Shown: positions 8,636 to 18,692, counted from the first letter of the stretch. The stretch: 45,194 nt of DNA from an uncultured Pseudomonadota bacterium (GCA_964462555.1 CAYWXY010000004.1:1-45194), one strand, 5' to 3'. Notes: a model not told the origin generated them from the sequence alone. Numbers and translations are program-made.

Positions 8636-9669
8636 TGATAGGTCTGGGGAAACATGTCGAGCGGCTGGGAACGAACAAAATGATACCCCTCGTTTAATAA
8701 TATCTTGAGGTCTCTGGCCAACGTCGACGGATTACATGATATATAAAGGATATTCTTAGGGCTGATCTTTGCAATATTCTGAACGATCGATTTCTCCATC
8801 CCCTCTCGCGGGGGATCCGCCAAAACAAGATCAACCGGACCAAACGAACGAACATCCGAACGACCAAAGGCCTTCCCAACATCGGATACGACAAAATGAA
8901 TTTTTGACGAACCCGATTTCTTTTCTACAAATTCTTTTCCCAGGGCAACGGCACGTTTGTCGCGCTCCACTGCCATAATTCCCTTTGCAATCGCCGCCAG
9001 CTCAAACGTCAAATTTCCGCTCCCTGCGTAGAGCTCCAAGATATTCTTTGAAGTCAGAGCTAACGCCCACTCTACAACCAATTGCTTCAGGGCCTCGTTT
9101 ACAAATGGGTTCACTTGACTGAACGTTTCCTCCGGATCATCTGAAATTTCGTAACGATTTCCCCTCGCTGGCCAAACCTCGCGAATCTCTCTCAACTTTC
9201 TATTCAAACCTGGACTTGCGATGGGACACTCAGTTACATCAACAATCTCATCCGACTCCCTCTTCAGAAAACCGGTCTTCCCTTTTTTATGATGGACCTG
9301 AATCCGATTACGATAGTCCCAGATAATCGGTGACGGAATTGTCGGCAGGATATCTGGATTTTCGAGTCCGGCAAAACGACAAAGTTGCTCTTCGAGAATC
9401 AACTGTTTCCACAAAAGCTGATGGGCATAACCAATATGTTGCAAGTGACATCCCCCGCAGCTTTCAAAGTGAGGACAACCAGGTTCAACCCGACATGCGG
9501 AACCCTCCAAGATCTCTACAATTTCAGCATTATCAAATCCCTTATGACTCTTAACAACACGAACGTCCAGGAGATCGCCAGGTGCCGCAAATGGAACAAA
9601 GACGGCCTTCCCATCATTAAAACCGAGGCCATACCCCTCATAGACCAATTTTTCTATTTTCAACTTCAT
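8602..9669 (-). CDS. rlmD: 23S rRNA (uracil-C5)-methyltransferase, RlmD/RumA family (TRAM + Fe-S + SAM MTase)
   Basis: TRAM-like N-terminus (GYGLGF.DGKAVFVPFAAPGD), a Cys cluster (CPHFESCGGCHLQH), a SAM motif (ELYAGSGN) and a C-terminal YISCNP..LARD...DMFPQT.H.ES. The start ATG at 9669 forms an ATGA overlap with the larC stop. Confidence 0.8.
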   Translation of the reverse strand: MKLKIEKLVYEGYGLGFNDGKAVFVPFAAPGDLLDVRVVKSHKGFDNAEIVEILEGSACRVEPGCPHFESCGGCHLQHIGYAHQLLWKQLILEEQLCRFAGLENPDILPTIPSPIIWDYRNRIQVHHKKGKTGFLKRESDEIVDVTECPIASPGLNRKLREIREVWPARGNRYEISDDPEETFSQVNPFVNEALKQLVVEWALALTSKNILELYAGSGNLTFELAAIAKGIMAVERDKRAVALGKEFVEKKSGSSKIHFVVSDVGKAFGRSDVRSFGPVDLVLADPPREGMEKSIVQNIAKISPKNILYISCNPSTLARDLKILLNEGYHFVRSQPLDMFPQTYHMESVSLLRFG

Positions 9670-10805
9670 GATTTTATCATCGCCTGTCGATAGACTTCTT
9701 TCAGTGGCATTTTTTTTCGCTTCGCTATCTTTTCGCAATCAGAATATTCCGGTGCAACCGTTACAACATCACCCTCGTAGCGAGCCACTTTCACACCCAC
9801 CACCCCATATTTTGTCTTTACCTTTTTTATCTCCCTCTCAACCATCGCCCGCTCGATGGGAAAATAACGGAGACCAAAAGTCGTCGTCTCCTTCAGAATA
9901 ATTCTCGAAAGACTTTTGCGATCACCTTCCTCACACAAAACATGTAAAATTGCACCGGGTCTCCCCTTCTTCATGACCATTGGAATTAGGCCCGCATCGA
10001 TTGCCCCATCATCAAGAAGTTTCTCGATAATGTAGGGGTAGAGTTCCGGATTCATATCATCAATGTTTGCCTCCAGCGCAATGAGCGGCATCCCTTTCCC
10101 CGCAATCAACCGAAGGGCATTCGGCATCTTTGGAATCACCAAATCACCAAAGCCATATCCTATTTTCTCTACCTCTCTAATCGGGGAACTGCCAAAACCG
10201 TGGGCGATCGCCTTCAGTATTGACGCCCCGGTAGGCGTCACGATCTCTCGTTTTACCGGTGCCGGCTCAAGAGGGACGCCTTTCAGAACCTCGAGCGTCG
10301 CTGGCGCTGGAATCGGCAGTCGACCGTGGGCACACGTCACATATCCCCTTGTTATAGGAAGTGGCGAAACATAAATTTTTTCGAAACCAAAGTAATCAAG
10401 ACCGATCGCGGCGCCAACAATATCGACAATCGAATCGAGCCCCCCGACCTCATGAAAATGGACATTCGATAATTTTCGACGGTGGACCTTTGCCTCCGCT
10501 CGCCCCAGAACCTCAAAGATATCGAGCGCACTTTTTTTAACTGAAGTTTTAAGACGACTTGAACGAACCAATCGCACAATGTCACGATAGTGCCGAATGT
10601 TCGGCTCTTTCAAAACGGCCACATGGAGATTGGTGCCGCCTATAGCATGGCGACTCCGCTTTTTTATTTCTAAACGGTACCCACTCAGCTTGAGTTTTTT
10701 GAGTTCCTTTTTCAGATAATCTAAAGACATGCCGAGGTCGATCATGGCGCCCAACACCATATCGCCCGCAACACCTGAATAACAGTCAAAGTAGGCTATT
10801 GTCAT
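9666..10805 (-). CDS. larC: Nickel-pincer cofactor biosynthesis protein LarC (DUF111)
   Basis: N-terminus YFDCYSGVAGDM.LGA..DLG, HFHEVGG.DSIVDIVG and C-terminal ...TTT.GLRY...R..L.R are characteristic of LarC. Confidence 0.85.
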   Translation of the reverse strand: MTIAYFDCYSGVAGDMVLGAMIDLGMSLDYLKKELKKLKLSGYRLEIKKRSRHAIGGTNLHVAVLKEPNIRHYRDIVRLVRSSRLKTSVKKSALDIFEVLGRAEAKVHRRKLSNVHFHEVGGLDSIVDIVGAAIGLDYFGFEKIYVSPLPITRGYVTCAHGRLPIPAPATLEVLKGVPLEPAPVKREIVTPTGASILKAIAHGFGSSPIREVEKIGYGFGDLVIPKMPNALRLIAGKGMPLIALEANIDDMNPELYPYIIEKLLDDGAIDAGLIPMVMKKGRPGAILHVLCEEGDRKSLSRIILKETTTFGLRYFPIERAMVEREIKKVKTKYGVVGVKVARYEGDVVTVAPEYSDCEKIAKRKKMPLKEVYRQAMIKS

Positions 10806-10819
10806 TACCGCTCCAATAA

Positions 10820-12076
10820 TCAGGCGATTGTCACGTCATCTGGAGAAACAGTCTTGATCACCTCCACCTCAAGGACCGCACGAGGTGTAGCATTTCGAAT
10901 GATGAATGTCCAATGACCCAGCTGAATCTTTTCATCTATTTCGGGTATTCGTTCAAACGCCTCAAGAAGGTAACCAGCAACCGTCTCGTAATCTCCCAAC
11001 GGTATTCCGAGATTGATTTTTTCATTCGCCTCTTCGATCTCCATCCGACCGCTCACCAAATAACGACCCTCCGAAAGAACCCGATAGTACTGCTCTCCAA
11101 ACTCATACTCATCTCGAATCTCACCAACGATTTCTTCGAGCAAATCCTCCAACGTCACAAGTCCCGTTGCACCGCCATACTCGTCAACGACGACGGCCAT
11201 TTCTTCTTTTTCCTCCTGAAGTGTTTCGTACAATTCATAGAGCGGCATTGTTTCTGGAACGTAGATCACTTGCTGCATGATTTCGCGCAGTGGCCGTCGC
11301 CCAGTGGAAAAAATACAATCGGTGGCATCGATAATCCCAACAATATTATGGGAACGGTGCTCAAACAGTGGCAACCGGGAAAAACCCTTCAGATCGAATG
11401 TTGCCAAGGCCGCTTCTGTGTCGGCTGTCACAGGAAGCATCTCGACTTCAACGAGCGGAATCATGATATTTTCGACCTCAGCATCGGACAGTTCCAATAT
11501 CCGCTGAATCATCTTTCGCTCTTCGGGTGGCATGTCGGAACCCTTCGCCTCTTTGGATGTCAGCATCAATGCCAATTCGTCACGTGAAATTTGTGCTTCG
11601 GTCACCGCTGCACGACGAACACCACCAAAAAGAAAATCGGTCATCTTCGAGAGAAACCAAACCGCCGGGAAAAGAACAAAAGAGATCCAGCGAAGGATCG
11701 CCCCTACACGCGCAGCCACACGATCAGCATGATGCTGATAGATACTCTTTGGCAAAACCTCGCCAAAGATCAGGATGACCGGCGACAAGAGAAGTGCAAA
11801 CAGCGCGTATTCTACACTGTAATTTTGAATAATAAAATAGGTCAGGACCGTTGATGCGGTAACCGTACAAACATTGGTCCCGAGAAGCGTCGTTGCAAAA
11901 AGTTTGTGCGGATCCTTGAGTAGCGAGAGCGTCATCCTGGCCTTGCGGTCACCTTGGTTGGCGCGGTTCCGAAGACGAAACTGGTCGGCCACAACAAGCG
12001 CCAGCTCAGACCCTGAGAAAAAACCCTCAAGGAAAAGGCAAACCAAAATGATTATGATCAATATCGCTAAACTCAT
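10820..12076 (-). CDS. CNNM/hemolysin-family membrane protein (DUF21 + tandem CBS + CorC_HlyC)
   Basis: DUF21 N-terminal TM region (FFSGSELA), a CBS pair and a C-terminal CorC/HlyC transporter-associated domain. Its start overlaps the upstream paralog's stop (ATGA at 12073-12076). Confidence 0.85.
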   Translation of the reverse strand: MSLAILIIIILVCLFLEGFFSGSELALVVADQFRLRNRANQGDRKARMTLSLLKDPHKLFATTLLGTNVCTVTASTVLTYFIIQNYSVEYALFALLLSPVILIFGEVLPKSIYQHHADRVAARVGAILRWISFVLFPAVWFLSKMTDFLFGGVRRAAVTEAQISRDELALMLTSKEAKGSDMPPEERKMIQRILELSDAEVENIMIPLVEVEMLPVTADTEAALATFDLKGFSRLPLFEHRSHNIVGIIDATDCIFSTGRRPLREIMQQVIYVPETMPLYELYETLQEEKEEMAVVVDEYGGATGLVTLEDLLEEIVGEIRDEYEFGEQYYRVLSEGRYLVSGRMEIEEANEKINLGIPLGDYETVAGYLLEAFERIPEIDEKIQLGHWTFIIRNATPRAVLEVEVIKTVSPDDVTIA

Positions 12077-13089
12077 TTCTTTCGCTTCTCCAATTTCTCG
12101 GTAAACAATAGACGGAAGATATCGTCCATTGTTACCAAACCAACCACTTCACCCTCTTTGTCTTTCACAATTGCGATGTGAATTTTGATTTTTTGGAAAT
12201 CGTCCAGAAGATCGTCGATCAACGTATCATCTTTAACAATATGAACGGGGCGAACGATTTCTTCAATATCCTGCATATGTCCACGCTGACGCCCTCGGTA
12301 GAGTCGGAAGACATCCCGTGAATGAAGGGCCCCGATAATATCGGAGTCGCCGTTCCGATAGACCGGCACACGGCTATATTGCGTCTCGCGCATTTCACGG
12401 ATAATCTGATCGAGCGGCAGGTCGATCGGCAGATGAAAGATCTCTCCCCCCGGTGTCATAATTTCGCGAACGGTCATATTGCCGAGCTCAAAGACGCGGT
12501 GGATCAGCTCCGACTCTCCCTCTTCAAGTACTCCTTCGCGGTATCCCATGTCGACCAACTGACGAAACTCCTCCTCCATAATCATGGTCTTCAATTTTGT
12601 GGGATCACCGCCCAAGAGGCGAACCATCTGGTCAGAAAAGGCCGAAAGAAGCCACCGAAAGGGAAAAACAACTTTATAAAAAAGTGAAAGCGGCACAACC
12701 AAAATGGGAACCAAGCTCGCCGCAAAACGAACGGCAATATTTTTTGGAATTACCTCGCCGAAAATCAAAACCATTGGCACCGCAACAACGATCGATATCA
12801 AAGTCGAAAGTTTCCAGCTGACATGCCCCATAAGATCATAGATGACCGAGGCCACAACAATCGCAAAGGCAACATTGACCAGTTCATTACCAAGCAGAAT
12901 CGTAACGAGTGTTCGCCTGGGATGCTGCAGCATTCGAATGATTGATGCGGCATAACCCCGCTTTGACTCCTTAAAACTATTGATCTGAGCGCGTGTTAAC
13001 GAAAAGAATGCCGTCTCGGAACACGAAAAGAATGCGGAAAGAAACAACAAGATAAAGATGGACAATATTTTTAGCGGATCTACCGTCAT
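12073..13089 (-). CDS. DUF21 + CBS domain membrane protein (CNNM paralog lacking the CorC_HlyC domain)
   Basis: FFSCSETAFFSL DUF21 motif, 4 TM segments and a CBS pair. I chose the ATG at 13089 (MTVDPLK) because it avoids overlap with thiL, whose stop is at 13094. Confidence 0.8.
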   Translation of the reverse strand: MTVDPLKILSIFILLFLSAFFSCSETAFFSLTRAQINSFKESKRGYAASIIRMLQHPRRTLVTILLGNELVNVAFAIVVASVIYDLMGHVSWKLSTLISIVVAVPMVLIFGEVIPKNIAVRFAASLVPILVVPLSLFYKVVFPFRWLLSAFSDQMVRLLGGDPTKLKTMIMEEEFRQLVDMGYREGVLEEGESELIHRVFELGNMTVREIMTPGGEIFHLPIDLPLDQIIREMRETQYSRVPVYRNGDSDIIGALHSRDVFRLYRGRQRGHMQDIEEIVRPVHIVKDDTLIDDLLDDFQKIKIHIAIVKDKEGEVVGLVTMDDIFRLLFTEKLEKRKK

Positions 13090-13093
13090 CAAC

Positions 13094-14095
13094 CTAACTT
13101 CCAATCTTATGAACAAAACCCGATTGCTTTATTTTAACCTCTTCCCCATTAAGATTCAAGACATGACGGTCCTCGATATCGTCAACAATCTCCCCAATAC
13201 ATGTAATCGGACAACCAAAATCGATCTCAGACGCCAACTCGGTGAAATGAGCCTCCTGCTCCGGTGACATCGTGAAGAGAAGTTCGTACTCTTCACCACC
13301 AGTCAGCGCTATTTGAAGCGCGTCATGCTTGAGCTGCCGTGCCAGAGGATATATTGCCTCTTCAACCAACACTCGATCCGTATGAAGACAAAAACCGACC
13401 TGACTTCGATCGGCAATATGCTCTAGATCGGCAATGAGACCATCGCTAATGTCGATCATCGCGTGTGCGGCATGGTTCTTGGCCAACCAGCGTGCCAGAT
13501 CGATCCTCACCTCAGGCAAAAGATGTCGCTCAATGAGATTCTGGTAGGCGTCATCCGTAATTCCTTCTTGCAGGCACATCAGCCCCGCTTTCGATGCCCC
13601 GAGCGTTCCGGTAACAAAGATCTTATCTCGCGGCTTTGCCCCGTGACGATAAATGACCTCATGCTTTTCCATTCGGCCGATAACTGTGACAGACAGTGAC
13701 AATTGACCGCTGGCGGCCGTCGTGTCTCCACCGATCAAAACCATATCAAACTGATCGGCAACGGCTCGCATTCCGCTGAAAAGCTCTTTGATTTCTTTGG
13801 GTGACATGTCGGAAGGACAACCTATCGAAACCAGATAAAACCACGGCGTTCCCCCCATCGCCACTACGTCACTAATATTAACCAGCAGGGATTTCTCTCC
13901 GAGCGTCAGCCAGTCGGCCCACGCTCTTTCAAAGTGAACCCCCTCTGAAAAAATGTCGGTTGTCACCAACCAACAACTCTTTTCCGGGCCATCGATCACC
14001 GCTGTGTCGTCATTGATCCCTTGAAGGAGTCCTTCTGCTTTTCGAGGCTGACCTTTAGCAATCGCCTGAATTAGTTCAAATTCATTCATGGCCAC
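13094..14095 (-). CDS. thiL: Thiamine-monophosphate kinase
   Basis: EFELI......GI.DD.AV......LV.TTD...EGVHF...........G.K.L.VN.SD..AMGG.P and GGD.T motifs of the ThiL/PurM superfamily. The start is uncertain (GTG 14095 or ATG 14089). Confidence 0.85.
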   Translation of the reverse strand: MAMNEFELIQAIAKGQPRKAEGLLQGINDDTAVIDGPEKSCWLVTTDIFSEGVHFERAWADWLTLGEKSLLVNISDVVAMGGTPWFYLVSIGCPSDMSPKEIKELFSGMRAVADQFDMVLIGGDTTAASGQLSLSVTVIGRMEKHEVIYRHGAKPRDKIFVTGTLGASKAGLMCLQEGITDDAYQNLIERHLLPEVRIDLARWLAKNHAAHAMIDISDGLIADLEHIADRSQVGFCLHTDRVLVEEAIYPLARQLKHDALQIALTGGEEYELLFTMSPEQEAHFTELASEIDFGCPITCIGEIVDDIEDRHVLNLNGEEVKIKQSGFVHKIGS

Positions 14096-14250
14096 CTTCT
14101 ATCATTTCTCTCTCTCCTCGTAAAGCCTCACTTCATCCAATACCCCTAGGGATTCTCCCGCCATCAGGTCGTCAAGGCGCTGAGTATATAATTTTGAATT
14201 GCAATCTTGAGGGAGTCGGCATAGCTTAGGTCTTCCAGGGGGAATTGCCG

Positions 14251-16386
14251 ATGAAATCGTGGATTACACTTTCACTAACCGTTATTTTAGCTCTTTCGGT
14301 CTCGGTCGTTTCGGCTGAAGAAAAGAGCTGTCCAAATACAACGCTTAAATGCAACTGTTCAGATTCTGCAAAATTGCTCAGAGCAGCTACAAACAATGAT
14401 GCGACTCATATCGAAAAATTGGATATCGAAAAGTTATCGATCGGTGATCAGTGCCGGTCGAGCATTATGGAAAAGTTGGCGATCGGCGGCATTGAGATCG
14501 GTGACGTCTTCAAGAATGTCAACAGCGCTTCTCAATATTCCAAGACGGCCTTTCTCAATTTTGCAAACGGTAGCGGCTTTAAGGCGGCCTATAAAAAATT
14601 CCCGGTTTCATCCAAAGATATTGCGGACCCAAACGTCTCCGGAAATACGGGTGTCTGTCTTCCCGATGGAATTCAGCCCTCTCAGGCCATCGTAGCCGGG
14701 AGCAAGATTCCGATTACTCGAATCCCGAAAAGCCAGGACATGGATGGAATTTGGCGCGTCGATACCGGCAAAATGAAGTCGACCCGTTGTCTGATCTATC
14801 TCCCAAAACCGTACGTCTCTGCGGCTGCCGGAAATTCTCACCGTGAACTCTACCCACACGATAGCTCATATGTGATCAGCACACTCATTGATCGGAACGC
14901 CGATGGGGATCTGACGCTTGCAAAGGGAATGATTGATGACATGATATTTGAGGCCAAACACTTCGGTTATCCACTGAACGGGAACCGCGGTTATTTTCTG
15001 ACACGGAGCCAAAACAATACACTGATGACGAATATTTGGGAATATGCCCGAATATCCGATGACGTGACATGGCTTGAGAATGAGGCGCTCCCCGTTGCCC
15101 TTCGGGTGATTGATTATTGGAATACGCGAATCGGCGTCATCAACCTTTCCGGAGAAAAAGAGATAGAGACCGCCGGTGATGTTGAGGGAAATCGCTGGAT
15201 GGCGCATGGTATCGGTCCGTGCCAAGAAATCTGGGAATCTCACGAAGCTCGTGGGTATTATTATTATAGAATTCTTGAAAACTTGATTGAACTGGCACTC
15301 ACCCCCAATCCAAAACGTCCAGATTACGCCAAAAATTTCGATTATAACCGTGTCGTCTTTGTTGCGAGCAACAATCACCTGGAGATCTGGAAGAAAAAGA
15401 ATGCCCTGGTCGAATTCCCAGGAACGATCGAGGGTCTCAAGGGAAAGCCTTACATTTTGAAGGGTTCTGTAAGTCTTTCAGAGCGGGATGAACCGGCGAT
15501 TGAGATCAATGGCACGTTTTACACGTTGATGCCGAAATATTATTCCAATGATCGTGCCCAACGGACGTCTGGTTACAATACGAATCATCTTTACGGTCCG
15601 TTCAATTCTTTCACTGATGAATTCGTTGACGCAACACTTAACATCCAACTTTATCGCGCTTATGTTGATGTTGCGAAGATGTATGGTCGGCTGGCAAAAC
15701 AATATGACGGTCGCGACAAAAAGAAGAGTAAAACATATTTGGAGAAGGTTGAACTCTACGAGTCAGAAGCCAAGCAAAAGAAGGATATGATCCTAAAATT
15801 CCTCTGGGACGATAAACTGGGAATGATATTTAATTACAGTAATTATATTCATAAGCGGCGAGTTAACTACCCATTCGCGAGTGGCGGATATGTTATTTGG
15901 GCAGAACTGTTTGACATTACGATTCCTGAAGAACGGACGAAGCTTTTTCGACTTGTCGATTATATGAGCAAACATCTCGAGGGTCCGGATGGATACTTTG
16001 CAAGTGCGATCGAAACTGGACTTCCCTGGGACAAGCCGCACGTTTGGCCGACGCATCAAGGGATGATCGTCGCCGGCATGCGACATTATATTGATCAGCT
16101 TCGTGGACTAAAAATGAAAAACGAGGCGGCCAAACTCGAACGGGTCGCCGACCGTATTGCGCTCAAATATCTGATGGCCAATTATGACGATTGGCTGGCA
16201 TCTAAGGGGCAAAAGGCGGCTGAAAAAGTCGATCCTGCTGGTGAAACGATCCGAACCGGATACGGTAGCGGCGCCGATTATGCCTGGAATCTCGCCGCCA
16301 TCTGGGACCTTCACGCGGGCCTCAGCAAAAAAGCCCAAACAATATTCAACACTTACACCACCACCCGCACCCTCCCCAACAAATAA
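14251..16386 (+). CDS. Secreted trehalase-family (GH37-like) glycoside hydrolase with N-terminal extension
   Basis: Signal peptide MKSWITLSLTVILALSVSVVSAEE. Also NGNRGYFLTRSQNN (compare trehalase G.R.YY..RSQPP) and LPWDKPHVWPTHQ (compare the QWD.P..W.P signature). The ATG at 14251 follows a GGGGGA SD. Confidence 0.6.
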   Translation: MKSWITLSLTVILALSVSVVSAEEKSCPNTTLKCNCSDSAKLLRAATNNDATHIEKLDIEKLSIGDQCRSSIMEKLAIGGIEIGDVFKNVNSASQYSKTAFLNFANGSGFKAAYKKFPVSSKDIADPNVSGNTGVCLPDGIQPSQAIVAGSKIPITRIPKSQDMDGIWRVDTGKMKSTRCLIYLPKPYVSAAAGNSHRELYPHDSSYVISTLIDRNADGDLTLAKGMIDDMIFEAKHFGYPLNGNRGYFLTRSQNNTLMTNIWEYARISDDVTWLENEALPVALRVIDYWNTRIGVINLSGEKEIETAGDVEGNRWMAHGIGPCQEIWESHEARGYYYYRILENLIELALTPNPKRPDYAKNFDYNRVVFVASNNHLEIWKKKNALVEFPGTIEGLKGKPYILKGSVSLSERDEPAIEINGTFYTLMPKYYSNDRAQRTSGYNTNHLYGPFNSFTDEFVDATLNIQLYRAYVDVAKMYGRLAKQYDGRDKKKSKTYLEKVELYESEAKQKKDMILKFLWDDKLGMIFNYSNYIHKRRVNYPFASGGYVIWAELFDITIPEERTKLFRLVDYMSKHLEGPDGYFASAIETGLPWDKPHVWPTHQGMIVAGMRHYIDQLRGLKMKNEAAKLERVADRIALKYLMANYDDWLASKGQKAAEKVDPAGETIRTGYGSGADYAWNLAAIWDLHAGLSKKAQTIFNTYTTTRTLPNK

Positions 16387-16444
16387 CCATTCTCGAAGCA
16401 CCGGGAGCTTAGATTTCTAAGCTCCCGGTGCTTCGAGAATGGTT
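16385..16444. repeat. 60-nt perfect palindrome (approx 28-bp stem), probable terminator or insulator
   Basis: aaccattctcgaagcaccgggagcttaga-tt-tctaagctcccggtgcttcgagaatggtt. Starts at the stop codon of the hydrolase gene and ends in the -35 of the riboswitch promoter candidate. No U-tract follows. Confidence 0.7.
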
Positions 16445-16471
16445 GACGGGGTTTGGGGGGCGGGATATGGT
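16443..16471 (+). promoter_or_regulatory. Candidate sigma-70 promoter (TTGACG-N17-TATGGT) for the B12 operon
   Basis: TTGACG at 16443-16448, a 17-nt spacer, TATGGT at 16466-16471, directly upstream of the riboswitch. Confidence 0.4.
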
Positions 16472-16477
16472 GCCCGC

Positions 16478-16665
16478 AGATTGTAGATGTTCATTGAACC
16501 GAAGTGATTGTGTGTGGAGGGAAGGCAGTGAGAACCTGCCACGGACCCGCCACTGTAAAGGAATGATTGCCGCGTCGTAAGTCACTGTCCTGGGGGATGG
16601 GAAGGCAAGGCGCAGCGATCGACAACCTGAGTCAGGAAACCTTACACTCAATCTCATAGGTAGCC
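16478..16665 (+). promoter_or_regulatory. Cobalamin (B12) riboswitch
   Basis: Conserved core GGAGGGAAGGCAGTGAGAACCTGCCACGGACCCGCCACTGTAAAGG (GGGAA..GGTGAGAA..CC...CCCGCCACTG) and a B12-box-like GAGTCAGGAAACCT at 16629-16642. Lies immediately 5' of a TonB-dependent receptor gene. Confidence 0.8.
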
Positions 16666-16685
16666 ACTCTTCGTGGAGAGAGAGT

Positions 16686-18686
16686 ATGGCACTATTTTTT
16701 TATCAATTTAAAATTACCGACATCCGATGCGTCGCGCTGGCGATTGGTATTCTTTTGTTTTGCGTCGCCTTGCCGTCTTTGGCGGATGAACCGGCCGAGC
16801 TCGGCGAAATCCATGTTGCCGGTGAGACGAAGGCCGAGTCGATCGAGGCGCCCTCTTCTTTTGTCACAGTCATACGGCCCGAGAGAGAGAACACCACATT
16901 CGAGAGTGTCGCTGACTTGATTGCGACGTCGCCCGGCGTTACGGAACGCTCGCTCGGTGGTATGGGACAATTTTCGACCGTGTCGATTCGTGGTTCGAGC
17001 CCCGAACAGGTGAGCGTTTTTCTCGATGGTATCAAACTCAATACCGCGTCGGGTGGCGCATTCGACTTCTCGACGATCCCAATCGATATTATCGACCGCA
17101 TCGAAGTCATTCGCGGTGGTGGCACGGCGCAATTTGGTGCCGACGCGATCGGCGGCGTTATTAACATTGTTACGAAGTCGGCGCGTAAAGGCCGCCGGAT
17201 TGAGGCCTTTGCGGGCGGCGGCTCGTTCACCACGTTCAAGCTCGGCTCGACGTATAGCGAACAGTTTAAGCGCGATTCGCTAACGGTTTCGTGGAGTCAT
17301 TTTCAGAGCAAGGGCGACTATACGTTCAAAACAAATTCGGTTCGTCTGAGTGGCGGGCCGGCTGTCGGTGGAGGCCAAACATTTACTCGTATTCATAACG
17401 GTTTCTTGAGTGAATCGTTGCTCACGAATTGGAAACATAAATTTTCGGATCAGATCTCGCTCAATTTTTTAAACGATTTCTTTTTCACGGACCGTCAGGT
17501 GCCAGGCACCGAGGAAGAAACCACACTTCTCTATCCAACCAATCCACTCGACGCCAAAGAGAGAATTTTTCGAAACACGACTGGGCTGAATCTTAATATC
17601 GACCCATTCTTTACCAAACCGCTCAGTTTTACGTGGGGCGCCACTAACAATCTCAATGTCGATATCTTTAAAGATGCCACGCCGGCGATCGGAAACCCGA
17701 TCAATGTTAAGACAACGAATGATTCGGTCGGCAGTTTTCTCAGATGGCTCGCCTTTCTGGATCACGGCAAGGTCAACCAGACGATTACACTTCGTTACGA
17801 TTATCTTTATGATTATTTGACCGATTCGTCTCCCCTAACCAATGCGATACTCACCGGCACAAAGACGCGTCACACAAACAGCATCTTCATCCAGGATGAA
17901 GTGGCCTTCTTCGATGACAAACTGATCATCCTTCCCGTCTTTAGATATGAAGATGCCTCCGATTTTCCGGATGACATCAGTTATAAGGGTGGAGTTAAGA
18001 TTCAGCCGATCAAATGGGTCTCGCTCAAGGCCAACTTTGAGCGCTCGTTTCGGTACCCCAGCTTCAACGAACTCTATTTTCCCGACCAGGGCTATATCCG
18101 TGGCAATCCTGACCTTAAGAAGGAACAGGCCTGGAACCTGGATGCCGGCATCGATGTAAAAACGAAATATGTCGGCGCTGAAATCGCCTATTTTCAAAAT
18201 TGGATCGATAACTCGATTCTATTTGTTCCGATAAGTGCTACAACAATCGAACCCGTCAACACGTTTCAGGTGTCGACCAAGGGACTTGAAGCCGCGATCT
18301 CTATTGACCCGATTAAATACTTTCATCTCGACGCAAATTACACATACTTGGATGCCCACTACACGTCGAACAACAATCAACTTCCTGGTCGGCCCAAGCA
18401 CGAGTTTAACGCCCGCCTGGAACTGGCCTACGATTGGAAGAAGAATATTGGCGCAACACTCTTTAGCAACTTTAACTACAAGAGCCAGGTGCCGCTCAAC
18501 CAGGCCAATTCGGTCTTCCTGGCGGCTAGGTCTAAAATTGATCTTGGACTCAATTTCCGTTTTCTAAAATATTATTATTTAACATTTCAGGCAAAAAACA
18601 TCACGAACGTCCAGATTTATGACGCTCGTGGATTTCCACTGCCCAGGCGAAGCTTTTTTGCAACACTGGGTGGAAAGTGGAGCTAA
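16686..18686 (+). CDS. btuB: TonB-dependent outer-membrane receptor, cobalamin type
   Basis: 666 aa with a signal peptide, a plug domain (IEVIRGGGTAQFGADAIGGVINIVTK) and beta-barrel repeats with an aromatic-rich C-terminus. Sits downstream of the B12 riboswitch. Confidence 0.85.
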   Translation: MALFFYQFKITDIRCVALAIGILLFCVALPSLADEPAELGEIHVAGETKAESIEAPSSFVTVIRPERENTTFESVADLIATSPGVTERSLGGMGQFSTVSIRGSSPEQVSVFLDGIKLNTASGGAFDFSTIPIDIIDRIEVIRGGGTAQFGADAIGGVINIVTKSARKGRRIEAFAGGGSFTTFKLGSTYSEQFKRDSLTVSWSHFQSKGDYTFKTNSVRLSGGPAVGGGQTFTRIHNGFLSESLLTNWKHKFSDQISLNFLNDFFFTDRQVPGTEEETTLLYPTNPLDAKERIFRNTTGLNLNIDPFFTKPLSFTWGATNNLNVDIFKDATPAIGNPINVKTTNDSVGSFLRWLAFLDHGKVNQTITLRYDYLYDYLTDSSPLTNAILTGTKTRHTNSIFIQDEVAFFDDKLIILPVFRYEDASDFPDDISYKGGVKIQPIKWVSLKANFERSFRYPSFNELYFPDQGYIRGNPDLKKEQAWNLDAGIDVKTKYVGAEIAYFQNWIDNSILFVPISATTIEPVNTFQVSTKGLEAAISIDPIKYFHLDANYTYLDAHYTSNNNQLPGRPKHEFNARLELAYDWKKNIGATLFSNFNYKSQVPLNQANSVFLAARSKIDLGLNFRFLKYYYLTFQAKNITNVQIYDARGFPLPRRSFFATLGGKWS

Positions 18687-18692
18687 TTATGA

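Noticed and set aside
14096-14250. Possible TPP riboswitch upstream of thiL.
   Set aside because: No CTGAGA or ACCTGATCTGGATAATGCCAGCG-like motifs on the minus strand. The region looks like a plain divergent promoter spacer.
16409-16657. 82-aa minus-strand ORF between the hydrolase gene and btuB.
   Set aside because: It lies entirely within the cobalamin riboswitch and palindrome region, has no SD, and its sequence is Arg/Ser/Pro-rich, as is typical of antisense translation of structured RNA.
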